64,000 nucleotides of DNA from positions 1 to 64,000 of IMG/VR virus record IMGVR_UViG_3300049001_000080. One strand, written 5' to 3'. This stretch comes from a virus. The notes below the pieces were generated by a model. It saw only the letters and a program-made list of their open reading frames with translations. It made no database searches and was not told where the DNA came from. Made by a program: the position numbers and the translations under genes. Shown one piece after another: positions 54,969-63,960 of this stretch (within the stretch, counting starts at the first letter, position 1; every line of letters starts with the position of its first letter).

Positions 54969-55580
54969 TCAGACCCAGGGGTCCGGCTCGCCCGGCGCCT
55001 GGCTCTGCACGACCACGCTGGAGATCGGGATCAGCAGCCCGTGCGAGCCGCCGCTGACGAACTCCCCCTGGCAGTCGACCGAGACGGTCATCTCGTAGAC
55101 GACCTCGTCGGTCCCCCACGGGGTCCCCGGCGTCTCGCCCTTCGCGCCCAGGGTGAACTTGTCCCACTGCGCCTGGCAGGGGATCAGGTCGTTCGTCTCG
55201 ATGGTCGTCCGGAACACCGCGGTCTCCGGCAGCTCGCGGCCGAACGCCATGACCCGGACCAGCTCGTCCACCAGCCGGTCGCGCTCCAGCGAGGTGAGCG
55301 CCACGCAGGTCATCTGGAGCACCCCGGCGTAGCGCCACCTGCCCACCCGGTGGAGCTGGCCGGCGATCGTGGCGTCCTCGACGTACTCGGCGTGCCCGAT
55401 CCCGGCCGTCTGGAGGTCGGCGGTGGGCAGGAAGTCGACCCAGACGCCGGGGTAGTTGGCCTTGGCCAGCGGGTACTCCATCGACACCCAGATGCCGCGG
55501 AAGTCGACCTGGGGGTAGTCGGCGTCCAGGGTGGCGCGCCACGCCTCCACCACCAGCGTCTTGAGCGGGACGAGGAACAC
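54969..55580 (-). CDS. Tail terminator/neck protein
   Basis: YP.V.V...ALTSLERDRL.D; upstream of the sheath. Confidence 0.6.
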   Translation of the reverse strand: MFLVPLKTLVVEAWRATLDADYPQVDFRGIWVSMEYPLAKANYPGVWVDFLPTADLQTAGIGHAEYVEDATIAGQLHRVGRWRYAGVLQMTCVALTSLERDRLVDELVRVMAFGRELPETAVFRTTIETNDLIPCQAQWDKFTLGAKGETPGTPWGTDEVVYEMTVSVDCQGEFVSGGSHGLLIPISSVVVQSQAPGEPDPWV

Positions 55581-55582
55581 GG

Positions 55583-56227
55583 CTACTCCCCGCCCAGCTT
55601 GATGAGCACCTGCGGGGTGCCGAGGCCGGCGCCCGAGGCGACCTCCAGCACGGCCCGGTTGATGAACCCCCGCGGCGCCAGGCCGGGGTGGCGCCACCGG
55701 ACCCCGACGTGGCCGGACACCGGGTGCGCGGAGCTGATCCGGCCGCCGTCTCCGCGGGTGGCGATCCGGCCGGGTGCGCCGGGGTAGGAGGCCGGCACCG
55801 AGACCGACGTCTCCTGGCCGGCGACCCGGCGGCGCACGCTCTCGCGCTGCCCGATCCGGGCCGCGCGGCGGAAGATGAGGACCAGCACCCGCCCGTCCGC
55901 GGCCACCTTCGTCTCCGCCTTCGCGTCGTCCCTCCGCAGCTCGCCGGAGGGGTCCGGCACCCACATCGGGATCGTGCGGCCGGCCAGGGACGTCATGGTG
56001 CGCGGGCGCGTGCCGGCCTCCTGGTACCAGACCCTGGCGTCCGCCCAGCGCACGCCGAAGAAGCCGGCGCCCCAGTACGGCCTTATCCGGCGTGCGCTGT
56101 CCCCCGACAGCTTGGGCGCCCGCCGCGCGGCCAGCTTGGCGGCCTGGCGGGCCAGCAGGTGCGCGGACGCCTCGGGCAGGTCCTTGGCGAGCACGTAGGC
56201 GACGCCGGGGCCGGGCGCGCTAGACAA
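55583..56227 (-). CDS. Neck/tail-completion protein
   Basis: APKLSG...QEAGT.P...WRHPGL.PR.F. Confidence 0.6.
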   Translation of the reverse strand: MSSAPGPGVAYVLAKDLPEASAHLLARQAAKLAARRAPKLSGDSARRIRPYWGAGFFGVRWADARVWYQEAGTRPRTMTSLAGRTIPMWVPDPSGELRRDDAKAETKVAADGRVLVLIFRRAARIGQRESVRRRVAGQETSVSVPASYPGAPGRIATRGDGGRISSAHPVSGHVGVRWRHPGLAPRGFINRAVLEVASGAGLGTPQVLIKLGGE

Positions 56228-56918
56228 GGAGCGGCCCCCTGACGCTCTCCCAGGCCGACGGCGTGTCCGACACCAGGTGCGTCCCCGGCGGGACCGTCAG
56301 CGCGACCTGGACGTTCGCGGGGGACGGCGGGATGAGGTACGCGACGCTGGACGGGTCCTCCAGGGTCGCCTGGCTGACGACGCCGGAGATCGTCACCGCC
56401 GCACCAGGGGACTCGAACCCGGAGCGCACCGGCAGCACGTTCATCTCCGCGACCCGGTAGCGGGCGCCGCCGAGCCGGAAGGCGTAGTCGCCGGTGTGCA
56501 GGGTGAAGTCCGAGGTGGTCTCGATGCTCATCGTCGAGTTGACGACCTCGCCCCGCGGCGAGTCGGCCGAGTCCTGCTCCAGGTCCGTCCAGAGCGCGGG
56601 CCGGACGATCCTGGCCCGGTAGCCGCCCTCGAACGTGGTGCCGTAGCAGTCCGGGCACCGGCGTCGGGTGGGCTGGTCGTAGGCGTCGAACGCGCGGCTG
56701 TCCTCGGCCGTGCAGGTCGCGCAGAGGGTGACCAGGCCGGCCAGCAGGTCGTCGGCTCGCCACATCAGCACGAAGATCGAGTACTCGCCGTAGGCGTAGA
56801 TGACGTCGAGATGGGAGTTCAGCACCTGGGCAACCGCCCAGTCCTCGGTGCGGCGCACCCAGAGTGGCTGCTGCCGGCCCGGGTGCGGCTCCTGCGACGG
56901 CGTGAGCGGGGTGGACAC
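56220..56918 (-). CDS. Head-tail adaptor/stopper
   Basis: CATC...CPDCYGT.F.GGY motif typical of large actinophage adaptors. Confidence 0.65.
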   Translation of the reverse strand: MSTPLTPSQEPHPGRQQPLWVRRTEDWAVAQVLNSHLDVIYAYGEYSIFVLMWRADDLLAGLVTLCATCTAEDSRAFDAYDQPTRRRCPDCYGTTFEGGYRARIVRPALWTDLEQDSADSPRGEVVNSTMSIETTSDFTLHTGDYAFRLGGARYRVAEMNVLPVRSGFESPGAAVTISGVVSQATLEDPSSVAYLIPPSPANVQVALTVPPGTHLVSDTPSAWESVRGPLLV

Positions 56919-56924
56919 GCCGGC

Positions 56925-57797
56925 CTACCCCAGGATGGCGACGGGGAAGTAGCCCCGCGCCAGCGCCTGGCCGCCGCCGGGCGTGTAGTAGCCCAGGTAC
57001 TGCCCGTACACGCCGCCGGAGACCAGCACCTTGGCCTGCCCCAGCCCCATCGACGCGATCTTGAAGCTGTCGAGCTGCGAGTCGAGGTCCCGCTGCTCGA
57101 TCGCGAGCATCTCCTGCCAGCGCTGCATGTAGTCGCGCCGGTCCAGCCTGGACACCGCGGTGGCCAGGACCACGTCCGGCTGCTCGACGTAGGACCGGAC
57201 CAGGTGCTTGATCACCTCGACGTAGAGCGCCTGCTCGACCAGCGGCCCCCACTGGTCGAACGGGAAGTCGGCGTTCACGGCGTAGCCCTGGTGCGGCTGG
57301 CTGATCGTGTTGAGCCGCCCGACGGCCTGGCGCAGGAGCTGGGCCATCCGGTTCCGGCCGAACCGGGTCTGGGCGTAGACCTGGAGGTTCGGCCCGCCCA
57401 GCGGGCTGTCGAACAGGTCGGCGAAGCGCACCCAGGTCGCCTCCACCACCGCGCGCCAGGACGGGTCCAGCGCGTCGTAGTCAGGCGCGGACGGGCCGAC
57501 CTGTAGCTCGACCACGTAGATGCCGGCGACGCCGGCCACCGCGAAGTTGAACCGGAGGTCCAGCAGGCGTGGCGTCGCGGTGTCGGCGCTGCTCAGCGCG
57601 AGCCCGTACTGGCCGGTGGCGAGGTGCGCCGCGGCGGCGGTCCGGATCGTGCTGGCGGTGGTCGCGTCCAGCAGTGACACGGCGACGCTGTTGCCGTCCA
57701 CGTCGCCGGGGGCGCCCCCGATCATCGCGACGAACCCGACCGTCTCCGCCGCGTACCTGGACAGGTAGCGGCGGTCGAGCGGCAGCGGCGCGGTCAC
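56925..57797 (-). CDS. Head-tail connector protein
   Basis: Position; GC3 bias. Confidence 0.6.
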   Translation of the reverse strand: MTAPLPLDRRYLSRYAAETVGFVAMIGGAPGDVDGNSVAVSLLDATTASTIRTAAAAHLATGQYGLALSSADTATPRLLDLRFNFAVAGVAGIYVVELQVGPSAPDYDALDPSWRAVVEATWVRFADLFDSPLGGPNLQVYAQTRFGRNRMAQLLRQAVGRLNTISQPHQGYAVNADFPFDQWGPLVEQALYVEVIKHLVRSYVEQPDVVLATAVSRLDRRDYMQRWQEMLAIEQRDLDSQLDSFKIASMGLGQAKVLVSGGVYGQYLGYYTPGGGQALARGYFPVAILG

Positions 57798-58468
57798 AGC
57801 TCGATCGCGACTATCCGGCAGACGTTGGTGGCGTCGGCCCTGACGTAGCTGGTCCCGCCGTAGGTGGCCGAGGAGCGGAGCTGGAAGGAGTAGTTGTAGG
57901 TGCCGGGGCTGACGCCGGTGGGCTCCCAGCCGGCGTAGGAGGCGCCCGGGCCCTGCGCGCCGGCCGACGGGCTGGAGCTGTCGCCGACGATGCCGAAGTT
58001 GCCGACCTGCGGGCCGGTACTGGCGGTGGCCGAGCGGAAGATGCCGCCGACCGCCGCGCCGGAGGTGTTCTCGCCCTTGCCGAAGCTGACGACGATCATC
58101 AGGACCCGCAGCCCGTCGGGGACCACGACGTTGGTCAGGCTGAGGCACACCACGAAGGTGGTCGAGGCGGTGGAGAAGTCCGTCGTGCGCGTGGCCACGG
58201 CCGGGGTACCGTCGGAGCGCCTCAGCACCCCCGCCGGCCCCACCCTCTTAAAGTTCGTGCCGTCCCAGCGCCAGACGAGGCCCGTGTCCGTCTCGGAGAT
58301 CAGCATGCCGGTCTGCGCGGCACCCCAGGCCGGCCGGGTCCCGGCGGTGCAGATCTTATAGCCCGGGTTGTCGTCGATCTTCTGCCAGTTCGACGCGATG
58401 TCAGCCGTCACGTAGGCGTCGCTGGTGCTCGGCTTGAGCAGCCCTAGGCGAGCTGAGGGGGTCGGAAT
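57794..58468 (-). CDS. Minor virion protein; probable AUU start at 58468 (first canonical start is GTG 58411)
   Basis: AAGGAG-7nt-ATT; PTPSARLGLLKP...NWQKIDD; G.L..ETDT...RWDG. Confidence 0.65.
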   Translation of the reverse strand: MPTPSARLGLLKPSTSDAYVTADIASNWQKIDDNPGYKICTAGTRPAWGAAQTGMLISETDTGLVWRWDGTNFKRVGPAGVLRRSDGTPAVATRTTDFSTASTTFVVCLSLTNVVVPDGLRVLMIVVSFGKGENTSGAAVGGIFRSATASTGPQVGNFGIVGDSSSPSAGAQGPGASYAGWEPTGVSPGTYNYSFQLRSSATYGGTSYVRADATNVCRIVAIEL

Positions 58469-58610
58469 GGTGGGGCTCCTTCCCTGTCACCAGCTCGGCC
58501 TGGCGGTACTCACCTCTTCCGCCGGGGCCATCCGGAGGCCGGCAGGGCGGAGGGGCGGGTGCCCTCCCACCGCGCTGGGTGCCCCGCCCCTCCTGGATCG
58601 CCCGGTGGCG

Positions 58611-59027
58611 CTAGCTGCCCCTGCTGCCTGAGCGCCGACGTCGAGCGGTGGCCTGTGCCTCGTCATCCGGGTCGGCCGGCTGTGCTGTCCCGCCGGCAGG
58701 CCCCGCGCCGCGCCGCAGGGCGTCCTCCTGCACCTCGGTGGAGGTGGAGACGCCGCCGTCCCTCAGGTCGTCGGCGCGCCTGTGCAGCGCGGCCTCGGCG
58801 GCCTCCCGCTCGGCCGGGTCGTCGGGCAGGATCACCCGGCTCTGGTCGCCGTCCCGCAGCGCCTGCGACGCCTCCACGGCCTCCCGCTTGGCGGCCACGT
58901 CGAACACGTCGGAGACCTGCCGGGGGCTGCTCGGGCCACCCAGCCCCGTGGTGTCGATCTGCTCGACCATGTCGGTCGGGCTGGGCACGTGGTCGTCGGA
59001 CTCGCGGTACCGCTTGTTGTCTCCCAC
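58611..59027 (-). CDS. Acidic hypothetical protein
   Basis: GAGGAG RBS before GTG. Confidence 0.6.
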   Translation of the reverse strand: MGDNKRYRESDDHVPSPTDMVEQIDTTGLGGPSSPRQVSDVFDVAAKREAVEASQALRDGDQSRVILPDDPAEREAAEAALHRRADDLRDGGVSTSTEVQEDALRRGAGPAGGTAQPADPDDEAQATARRRRSGSRGS

Positions 59028-59038
59028 GACTCTTCTCC

Positions 59039-59587
59039 TCAGCTCTGGACGACCTGGGCCTGCTGCGCCCAGATCTGCTTGGTCTGGCCGTCGCCGGACG
59101 GCACGCTCACCAGGACCAGGGAGGGCGCCAGGTGCTCGTGGGCCTTGCACAGCGGCGGCGCCTGCGGCGCGCCCCGCGGCGGTGCCGGCGAGATGACCTG
59201 GGTGCCGCACTCGCCGGCCCGGCCGCGCTGGCCCGGCCCGACGCAGGCGGCGGCGAGCAGGTCGCGCTCCTGGCGGCGGTCGATGGTCGACTCCACCGCC
59301 AGCAGCGCGGCGGCCCGCTGGGCGTCGCGGATCAGCGGCGGGGTGACCTCGACGCGCAGCTTCGCCAGGTGCGCGGTGACCTCGTCGTCGGGGTCCTCGA
59401 TGGCGATCGACCCGTGCTGGAGCGCCCGGATGAAGCGCAGGTCGTCCAGCACGGTCGAGGGCATGAGCTGGACGTCCTCGCCGTCCTTGGCGCCGGCCGG
59501 CTGCCAGATGAACAGCTCCCGGTCGCTGAGCTGGAGGATCGTCGGCCCCGCCTCGCGGTTCCGCACGCTCAGCATCTGTAGCTCCAC
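59039..59587 (-). CDS. Virion-module hypothetical protein
   Basis: AGGAGG RBS; late-promoter motif upstream. Confidence 0.65.
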   Translation of the reverse strand: MELQMLSVRNREAGPTILQLSDRELFIWQPAGAKDGEDVQLMPSTVLDDLRFIRALQHGSIAIEDPDDEVTAHLAKLRVEVTPPLIRDAQRAAALLAVESTIDRRQERDLLAAACVGPGQRGRAGECGTQVISPAPPRGAPQAPPLCKAHEHLAPSLVLVSVPSGDGQTKQIWAQQAQVVQS

Positions 59588-59618
59588 GCCATGCCCTCCT
59601 CCGGGGCACGCGGCGCCC

Positions 59619-59657
59619 CTCTACCCCTTGGGTGCGCGCGGTGGTCCTGGAGACAGG
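59619..59657 (-). promoter_or_regulatory. Putative late promoter CCTGYC-N22/23-AAGRGGT(A/G)GAG; other copies at 58509-46, 54929-68, 44917-55, 20568-605
   Basis: Five copies with fixed spacing, all upstream of virion or lysis genes. Confidence 0.75.
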
Positions 59658-59732
59658 TCAGGGGCCGCCGTAGCGGCCCCTGTCGCCCTCCGCCGGCCCG
59701 GGCTCAGGTGGAGCGCCGGGTGGGTCCGAGCC

Positions 59733-60116
59733 TCAGGCGAGGCGGCCCTCAGGACCGGGAGCGACCCGCGAGGTGTCCGCCGCCACGCCAGCGTACCGCC
59801 GACCTAGAGCGTTGCCCGGCGACGGCATACGCGACCAGCGGCTCGTCGGGTCGTTGTCGTACACCTCGCGCATCAGCGGGATGAGCGGCCGGTACCTGGC
59901 CAGGACACGTGGCGGGAGCGGCTCGCTCGACCTCGCGTTCGGGTGGCCCCAGTGCCAGAGGTCGCACAGCTCGCACCGGAAGCTCTGGCCTCCGGCATCG
60001 GCCGCCTCCAGCTCCAGGCGTGCCGTCTCAGCCAGCTCGCACGTGGGGTACTGCCTCTTCTTGACGCAGCCCCAGACGACGTGCTGCTTCCAGGACTTAC
60101 GGGGCCTCCTGGTCAC
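59733..60116 (-). CDS. Small Zn-binding protein
   Basis: C.KK..Y...A...FRCELC..WH. Confidence 0.65.
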   Translation of the reverse strand: MTRRPRKSWKQHVVWGCVKKRQYPTCELAETARLELEAADAGGQSFRCELCDLWHWGHPNARSSEPLPPRVLARYRPLIPLMREVYDNDPTSRWSRMPSPGNALGRRYAGVAADTSRVAPGPEGRLA

Positions 60117-60682
60117 AGCAGCTCCAGCGGGGCGTCGGGCTCCAGGCAGCGTCGCAGCACCGCGGAGGCGGCCCGGACGTTCAGCGGGTCGTTGTAGGCC
60201 CGGTTGAGGCCCGACGGGTGCGGGATCACGGCGTACTCGAACTCGGTGCCGAGCCGGAGCACGTACCCGTCGCCCTCCATCGGCAGGGTGTTCGCCGGGA
60301 TACGACGCGGCGAGGTGCGCCACTCGAACATCGGCGCCGGCCACGGCAGGCTCAGCGCCGCGGGCAGCCTGGTGCCGAGCAGCACCACCCGGCGCCCGTC
60401 CAGCTCCGCCTCCAGCTCGGCGGCGGCCTCGCGGGCCGGGCCCATCGGCAGCGCGGCGCCCTCGCCCTGCGGCCCGGGGTAGCGCTCCAGCAGGTTGCGG
60501 CACTCGAACGCGGCGACCAGAGGCCAGTACCACTGCCCGTAGCGGGTGCCACCCGGCTGGGGCTCCAGGCCGGCCCAGCGGGCCAGGCGCTCGCCTACGG
60601 CTCCTGAGAGCGGGCACATGAAGTACCTGTCGCCGCTCCTGCTGGGCGCCTCGCCGAGGATGAGGGGGCGTCGGTCAGACAC
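60113..60682 (-). CDS. Divergent UDG-superfamily protein
   Basis: ILGEAPS, PLSG..G.RL, NLL, VVLLG, PHPSGLNR.YN. Confidence 0.75.
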   Translation of the reverse strand: MSDRRPLILGEAPSRSGDRYFMCPLSGAVGERLARWAGLEPQPGGTRYGQWYWPLVAAFECRNLLERYPGPQGEGAALPMGPAREAAAELEAELDGRRVVLLGTRLPAALSLPWPAPMFEWRTSPRRIPANTLPMEGDGYVLRLGTEFEYAVIPHPSGLNRAYNDPLNVRAASAVLRRCLEPDAPLELL

Positions 60683-61091
60683 CGTCCGTGCCCTCCAGCG
60701 GCGCGTCGAGCGGGAGGGCGTAGTCGGCGCGGCGGCGGTACTCGTCCAGCAGCCCGTCCAGCGCGCGGTGCACCTCTGAGCCCCGCGGGACCCACTCGTC
60801 CCGCCGCCGCTTGAGCCACGCCTCGACGTCGCTGCCACGGCGCGGCCGGTGCTGCTCGACCTGGTACATGCCCTCCGGCGCGACCGTGATGCGCGCGTAC
60901 CGCATCTCTCTGTCTAGCGCCTGCCCCAGCGCCTCCGCCTCCGCGTCGGTGGGGGTGCGGAGTATCAGGAGTGGGTGAGCCTCCTGCTCCAGGCGTAGCG
61001 CCTCGACCTCGTCGGCGGAGACGACGCGAGCCGGCCTCTCGACCAGCGTGACCAGCTCGTCTCGCTCTGGCGGGATAGAAGTATCTTCCAC
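60675..61091 (-). CDS. Hypothetical protein
   Basis: AAGGAG RBS; PRRGSDVEAWLKR.RD...LD.LLD.YR..AD. Confidence 0.6.
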   Translation of the reverse strand: MEDTSIPPERDELVTLVERPARVVSADEVEALRLEQEAHPLLILRTPTDAEAEALGQALDREMRYARITVAPEGMYQVEQHRPRRGSDVEAWLKRRRDEWVPRGSEVHRALDGLLDEYRRRADYALPLDAPLEGTDGV

Positions 61092-61159
61092 AGTGACTCC
61101 TTCTGGCAGGGTTCCTTGATAGAGGCTAGCACCGCGCCCGGGTAGACCCTAGACGCGAG

Positions 61160-61190
61160 GGCGCCCCCGGAGGCGTGCTCCGGGGGCGCC
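61160..61190. terminator. Hairpin
   Basis: 13-bp IR ggcgcccccggag / ctccgggggcgcc. Confidence 0.55.
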
Positions 61191-61223
61191 GACGTGCCGC
61201 TGTGGTGTCTAGCTGAGTGGTGC

Positions 61224-62498
61224 CTAGCTGACGCGCGTCGTGGAGAGCCGGACGGACGGCGCGACCTTGACCGCCCCGAGCTTGCTCTGGTTGGTCGCCA
61301 CCAGGTCCGCGCCCTTGGCCCACGACAGCGCGCCCGTGGACAACGTGGAGTGCGGCGCGACCGTCAGGGTGGCCAGGACGTGGCCGCCCGTCGTGAAGGT
61401 CAGGACGTGGGTGTAGCGGGTCGTGTTGACGTCCTCGTACCGGCCGGACAGCGTCCCGCGGCACGGGCAGTCGATCGTCATGGTCAGGTGCGGGATCGGC
61501 GGGCAGTTCAGGACGTAGTTGCCGCCGACGCCCTTGTCGACGCTCCAGTTGACGAACCCGACCCGGTAGACGAAGTGGTACTGCTGGCCATCATTGAGCC
61601 CGACGGTGATCGTGCCGCTCTTGCGCGGGCCGACGGTCAGCCCCGGCAGCTTGGTGGTACCGGCGACCAGCCAGCACTGGATGGTGGCGTACGGGTTGAG
61701 GTTGGAGCAGGTGTAGGTGACCGACCCGTGGCCGTCGCAGTCGCCCTTGCACTTCGCGACGACGTGGATGGCCGGCGGGGACAGGCACCCGTGGTTGTCG
61801 CCCACGTAGAAGGCGATCTCGTACGGCTGCGGCTGGCCGGGGCCGCCGAGCACGGCCGGCCAGGCGCCGTTCCAGCCGTTGGAGCGCAGGCCGACGTCGA
61901 ACTGCGCGCAGGGGTTGGTGACGGCCGGGAACCGGAACCGGTGGTGACCGGCGGCTGCGGAGAGCCCCTGCCACGCCGTGGTGGAGACGCGGCGCTGCGG
62001 CCACAGCGGCACGCTCGGGTGGCCGGCGCCGTGCGGGGTGGCGCCGAGGTAGAAGGCGTACGCCGCGCCGGCCCCGGCGAGGCCGACGCCGCGGCACAGC
62101 GGCAGCCGGGTCACGAAGTCCGCGACCCCGTGCGCCCAGTCGACCGCCGTGCCGACGTAGGCCGGGTTCTTGAGGTCTGCCACGGCAAGGCAGGTCTTCG
62201 CCGCCGCGGCGTGCGCCGTGGCACGCCGGACGAGCGCGTGCGGCATGAGGGTCGCGTGGCCGCCGCGCACCGGGCTGGTGGCGCGGTGCACCTGGATCAG
62301 GCGGCCGGCCCGCGTCGGGGTCACCGGGATCAGTGCGCCGATCGCCGTGATGGGCGACGACTTGCTGGTGTGGGCGCCCTGCGCCGCGGAGGCGGAGGAG
62401 TCGCTCGCGGTGGCCGCGATGGTCAGGGCCGCCACGGACGCGGCGACCGCTGTAGTGAGGGCCACACGCAGCGCGCTGGCCAGCTTGATCTTCTTCAT
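61224..62498 (-). CDS. Secreted Cys-rich beta-sandwich protein
   Basis: MKKIK signal peptide; paired Cys; Ig-like C-terminal repeats. Confidence 0.7.
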   Translation of the reverse strand: MKKIKLASALRVALTTAVAASVAALTIAATASDSSASAAQGAHTSKSSPITAIGALIPVTPTRAGRLIQVHRATSPVRGGHATLMPHALVRRATAHAAAAKTCLAVADLKNPAYVGTAVDWAHGVADFVTRLPLCRGVGLAGAGAAYAFYLGATPHGAGHPSVPLWPQRRVSTTAWQGLSAAAGHHRFRFPAVTNPCAQFDVGLRSNGWNGAWPAVLGGPGQPQPYEIAFYVGDNHGCLSPPAIHVVAKCKGDCDGHGSVTYTCSNLNPYATIQCWLVAGTTKLPGLTVGPRKSGTITVGLNDGQQYHFVYRVGFVNWSVDKGVGGNYVLNCPPIPHLTMTIDCPCRGTLSGRYEDVNTTRYTHVLTFTTGGHVLATLTVAPHSTLSTGALSWAKGADLVATNQSKLGAVKVAPSVRLSTTRVS

Positions 62499-62811
62499 GC
62501 CTCTCCTATCGTTCGGGACTGAGTCGTGCCCGGAGCGCGTGGTATCGCTGGACTTATCCAGGGGCGCGGCGGGGTCTGCCTCGTGATCGTAGTACGAGGG
62601 ATGCTTGACGGCTACGCCGCTCTGGCACCTCTGCCCTCCCGGTGCGGGTTGACCTCCTCCAGCCCCCTCCCGCGCCCCCATCGGCTGACGCCCCTCCAGC
62701 TCGTGGCGGTCTGGCGGCGAGACTTGTCCTAGGACAAGGTGCGGCGGGCGATAGCTGACGACGAGGCCCCGACCCCCGTAGTAAGCGGGGCCGGGGCCGG
62801 GTGGGCGAGGG

Positions 62812-63144
62812 CTAGCTCAGCGCGCCGACGATCGCGCCAAAGAGGTCGTCCTTGCGCCGCTGCGCCAGAGACAGCTCGGCGTACGGCACCAGGTTCGGGT
62901 GCGTCCGAGCGCCCTCGTCCTTGACGGGCCCCGGCACCCAGTCAGCGGCCTCGCGGCGACGGCGCCACGCCTCGTGCCTGTCGGCCGCAGTGGCGCCGCT
63001 CTGGGCGACCCGGACGCCCTCCAGCGCCGACTCGCGGTCCCACTCGGGGGCGTCGTCCCAGGCGGGGGAGACGGGGTCGCCGATCGACTGCTGGTAGGCC
63101 CGCATAGCTGCTCGCGCCACGCGGGCGATCTCCTCGTTCGTCAT
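62812..63144 (-). CDS. RyR-domain protein
   Basis: HEAW.......W.PGPVKD...RTHPNLVPYAELS..QR.KD. Confidence 0.85.
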   Translation of the reverse strand: MTNEEIARVARAAMRAYQQSIGDPVSPAWDDAPEWDRESALEGVRVAQSGATAADRHEAWRRRREAADWVPGPVKDEGARTHPNLVPYAELSLAQRRKDDLFGAIVGALS

Positions 63145-63209
63145 GCCCTGAGCCTGCCCGCGCCCCCGGTCGAGCGGCAGGGGTTGACCGTTGACCACGT
63201 AGACCGGGC

Positions 63210-63857
63210 CTAGGTCGACATGACCCAGGCGCCACCCGCGGCTGCGCCCACCGAGACCACGAGGAACAGGCCGCGCCAGAACCACGCCTGAGCGACCGAG
63301 AGGCGGGCCAGGGAGTCGGCGTCCTGCTCGCCGCCGCGCTGGTACTGCTCGATCGCCGCGCGCACCCCGCCCAGCAGCAGGAGCCACGCCAGCGACCAGA
63401 GCGCCAGCGGTCGCCAGCCGGCGGGCGCGTACCAGGTGAAGGCGCCCAGCGCGGCCACCACGCCGAACGCGAAGCCGAGGCCGAACCAGTTGCGCATCAG
63501 CAGCAGGACGGCGACAAGGCAGGCCACCGCGGCCCACAGCCCGGCGGTCGTCCAGCCGTGGTGCGCCGCCTCCACGGCGGCCAGGCCGAGCAGCGGCGGG
63601 GTGGGGTAGCCGGCGAGCAGGAACAGGACGCCCGTCTGGCCGTCCTCGTCGTCGCGGGCGTCGGTGGTCCCCCCGCCGTTGGCGTGCACGCGGATCGCGA
63701 CCACCCGGCCCGGCGTGAGCCACGTGATCGCGGCGTGGCCGAACTCGTGCAGCGCGGTGACCAGCAGCCCGGCGCCGAGCCACAGGGGGGTGCCGACCAG
63801 TAGGGCGCCGATGGCGAGCCCCACCAAGCCGGTCCCGATGCCCCAGGTCGTACCCAC
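63210..63857 (-). CDS. Peptidase M50B-like membrane metalloprotease
   Basis: TALHEFGHA, GG.T, AGY..PP, DAD.LA; multiple TMs. Confidence 0.85.
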   Translation of the reverse strand: MGTTWGIGTGLVGLAIGALLVGTPLWLGAGLLVTALHEFGHAAITWLTPGRVVAIRVHANGGGTTDARDDEDGQTGVLFLLAGYPTPPLLGLAAVEAAHHGWTTAGLWAAVACLVAVLLLMRNWFGLGFAFGVVAALGAFTWYAPAGWRPLALWSLAWLLLLGGVRAAIEQYQRGGEQDADSLARLSVAQAWFWRGLFLVVSVGAAAGGAWVMST

Positions 63858-63919
63858 TCGTCCGCTCCTCTGCTCGGTTTCCTTGACAGATGGTAGCGGA
63901 GAGGTACGACAGAAAGACA

Positions 63920-63960
63920 GACCGAGCTGCCTCGCGTGGGGATCGCGAGGCAGCTCGGTC
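63920..63960 (-). terminator. Intrinsic terminator
   Basis: 17-bp IR gaccgagctgcctcgcg / cgcgaggcagctcggtc followed by TGTCTTTCT on the minus strand. Confidence 0.75.
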
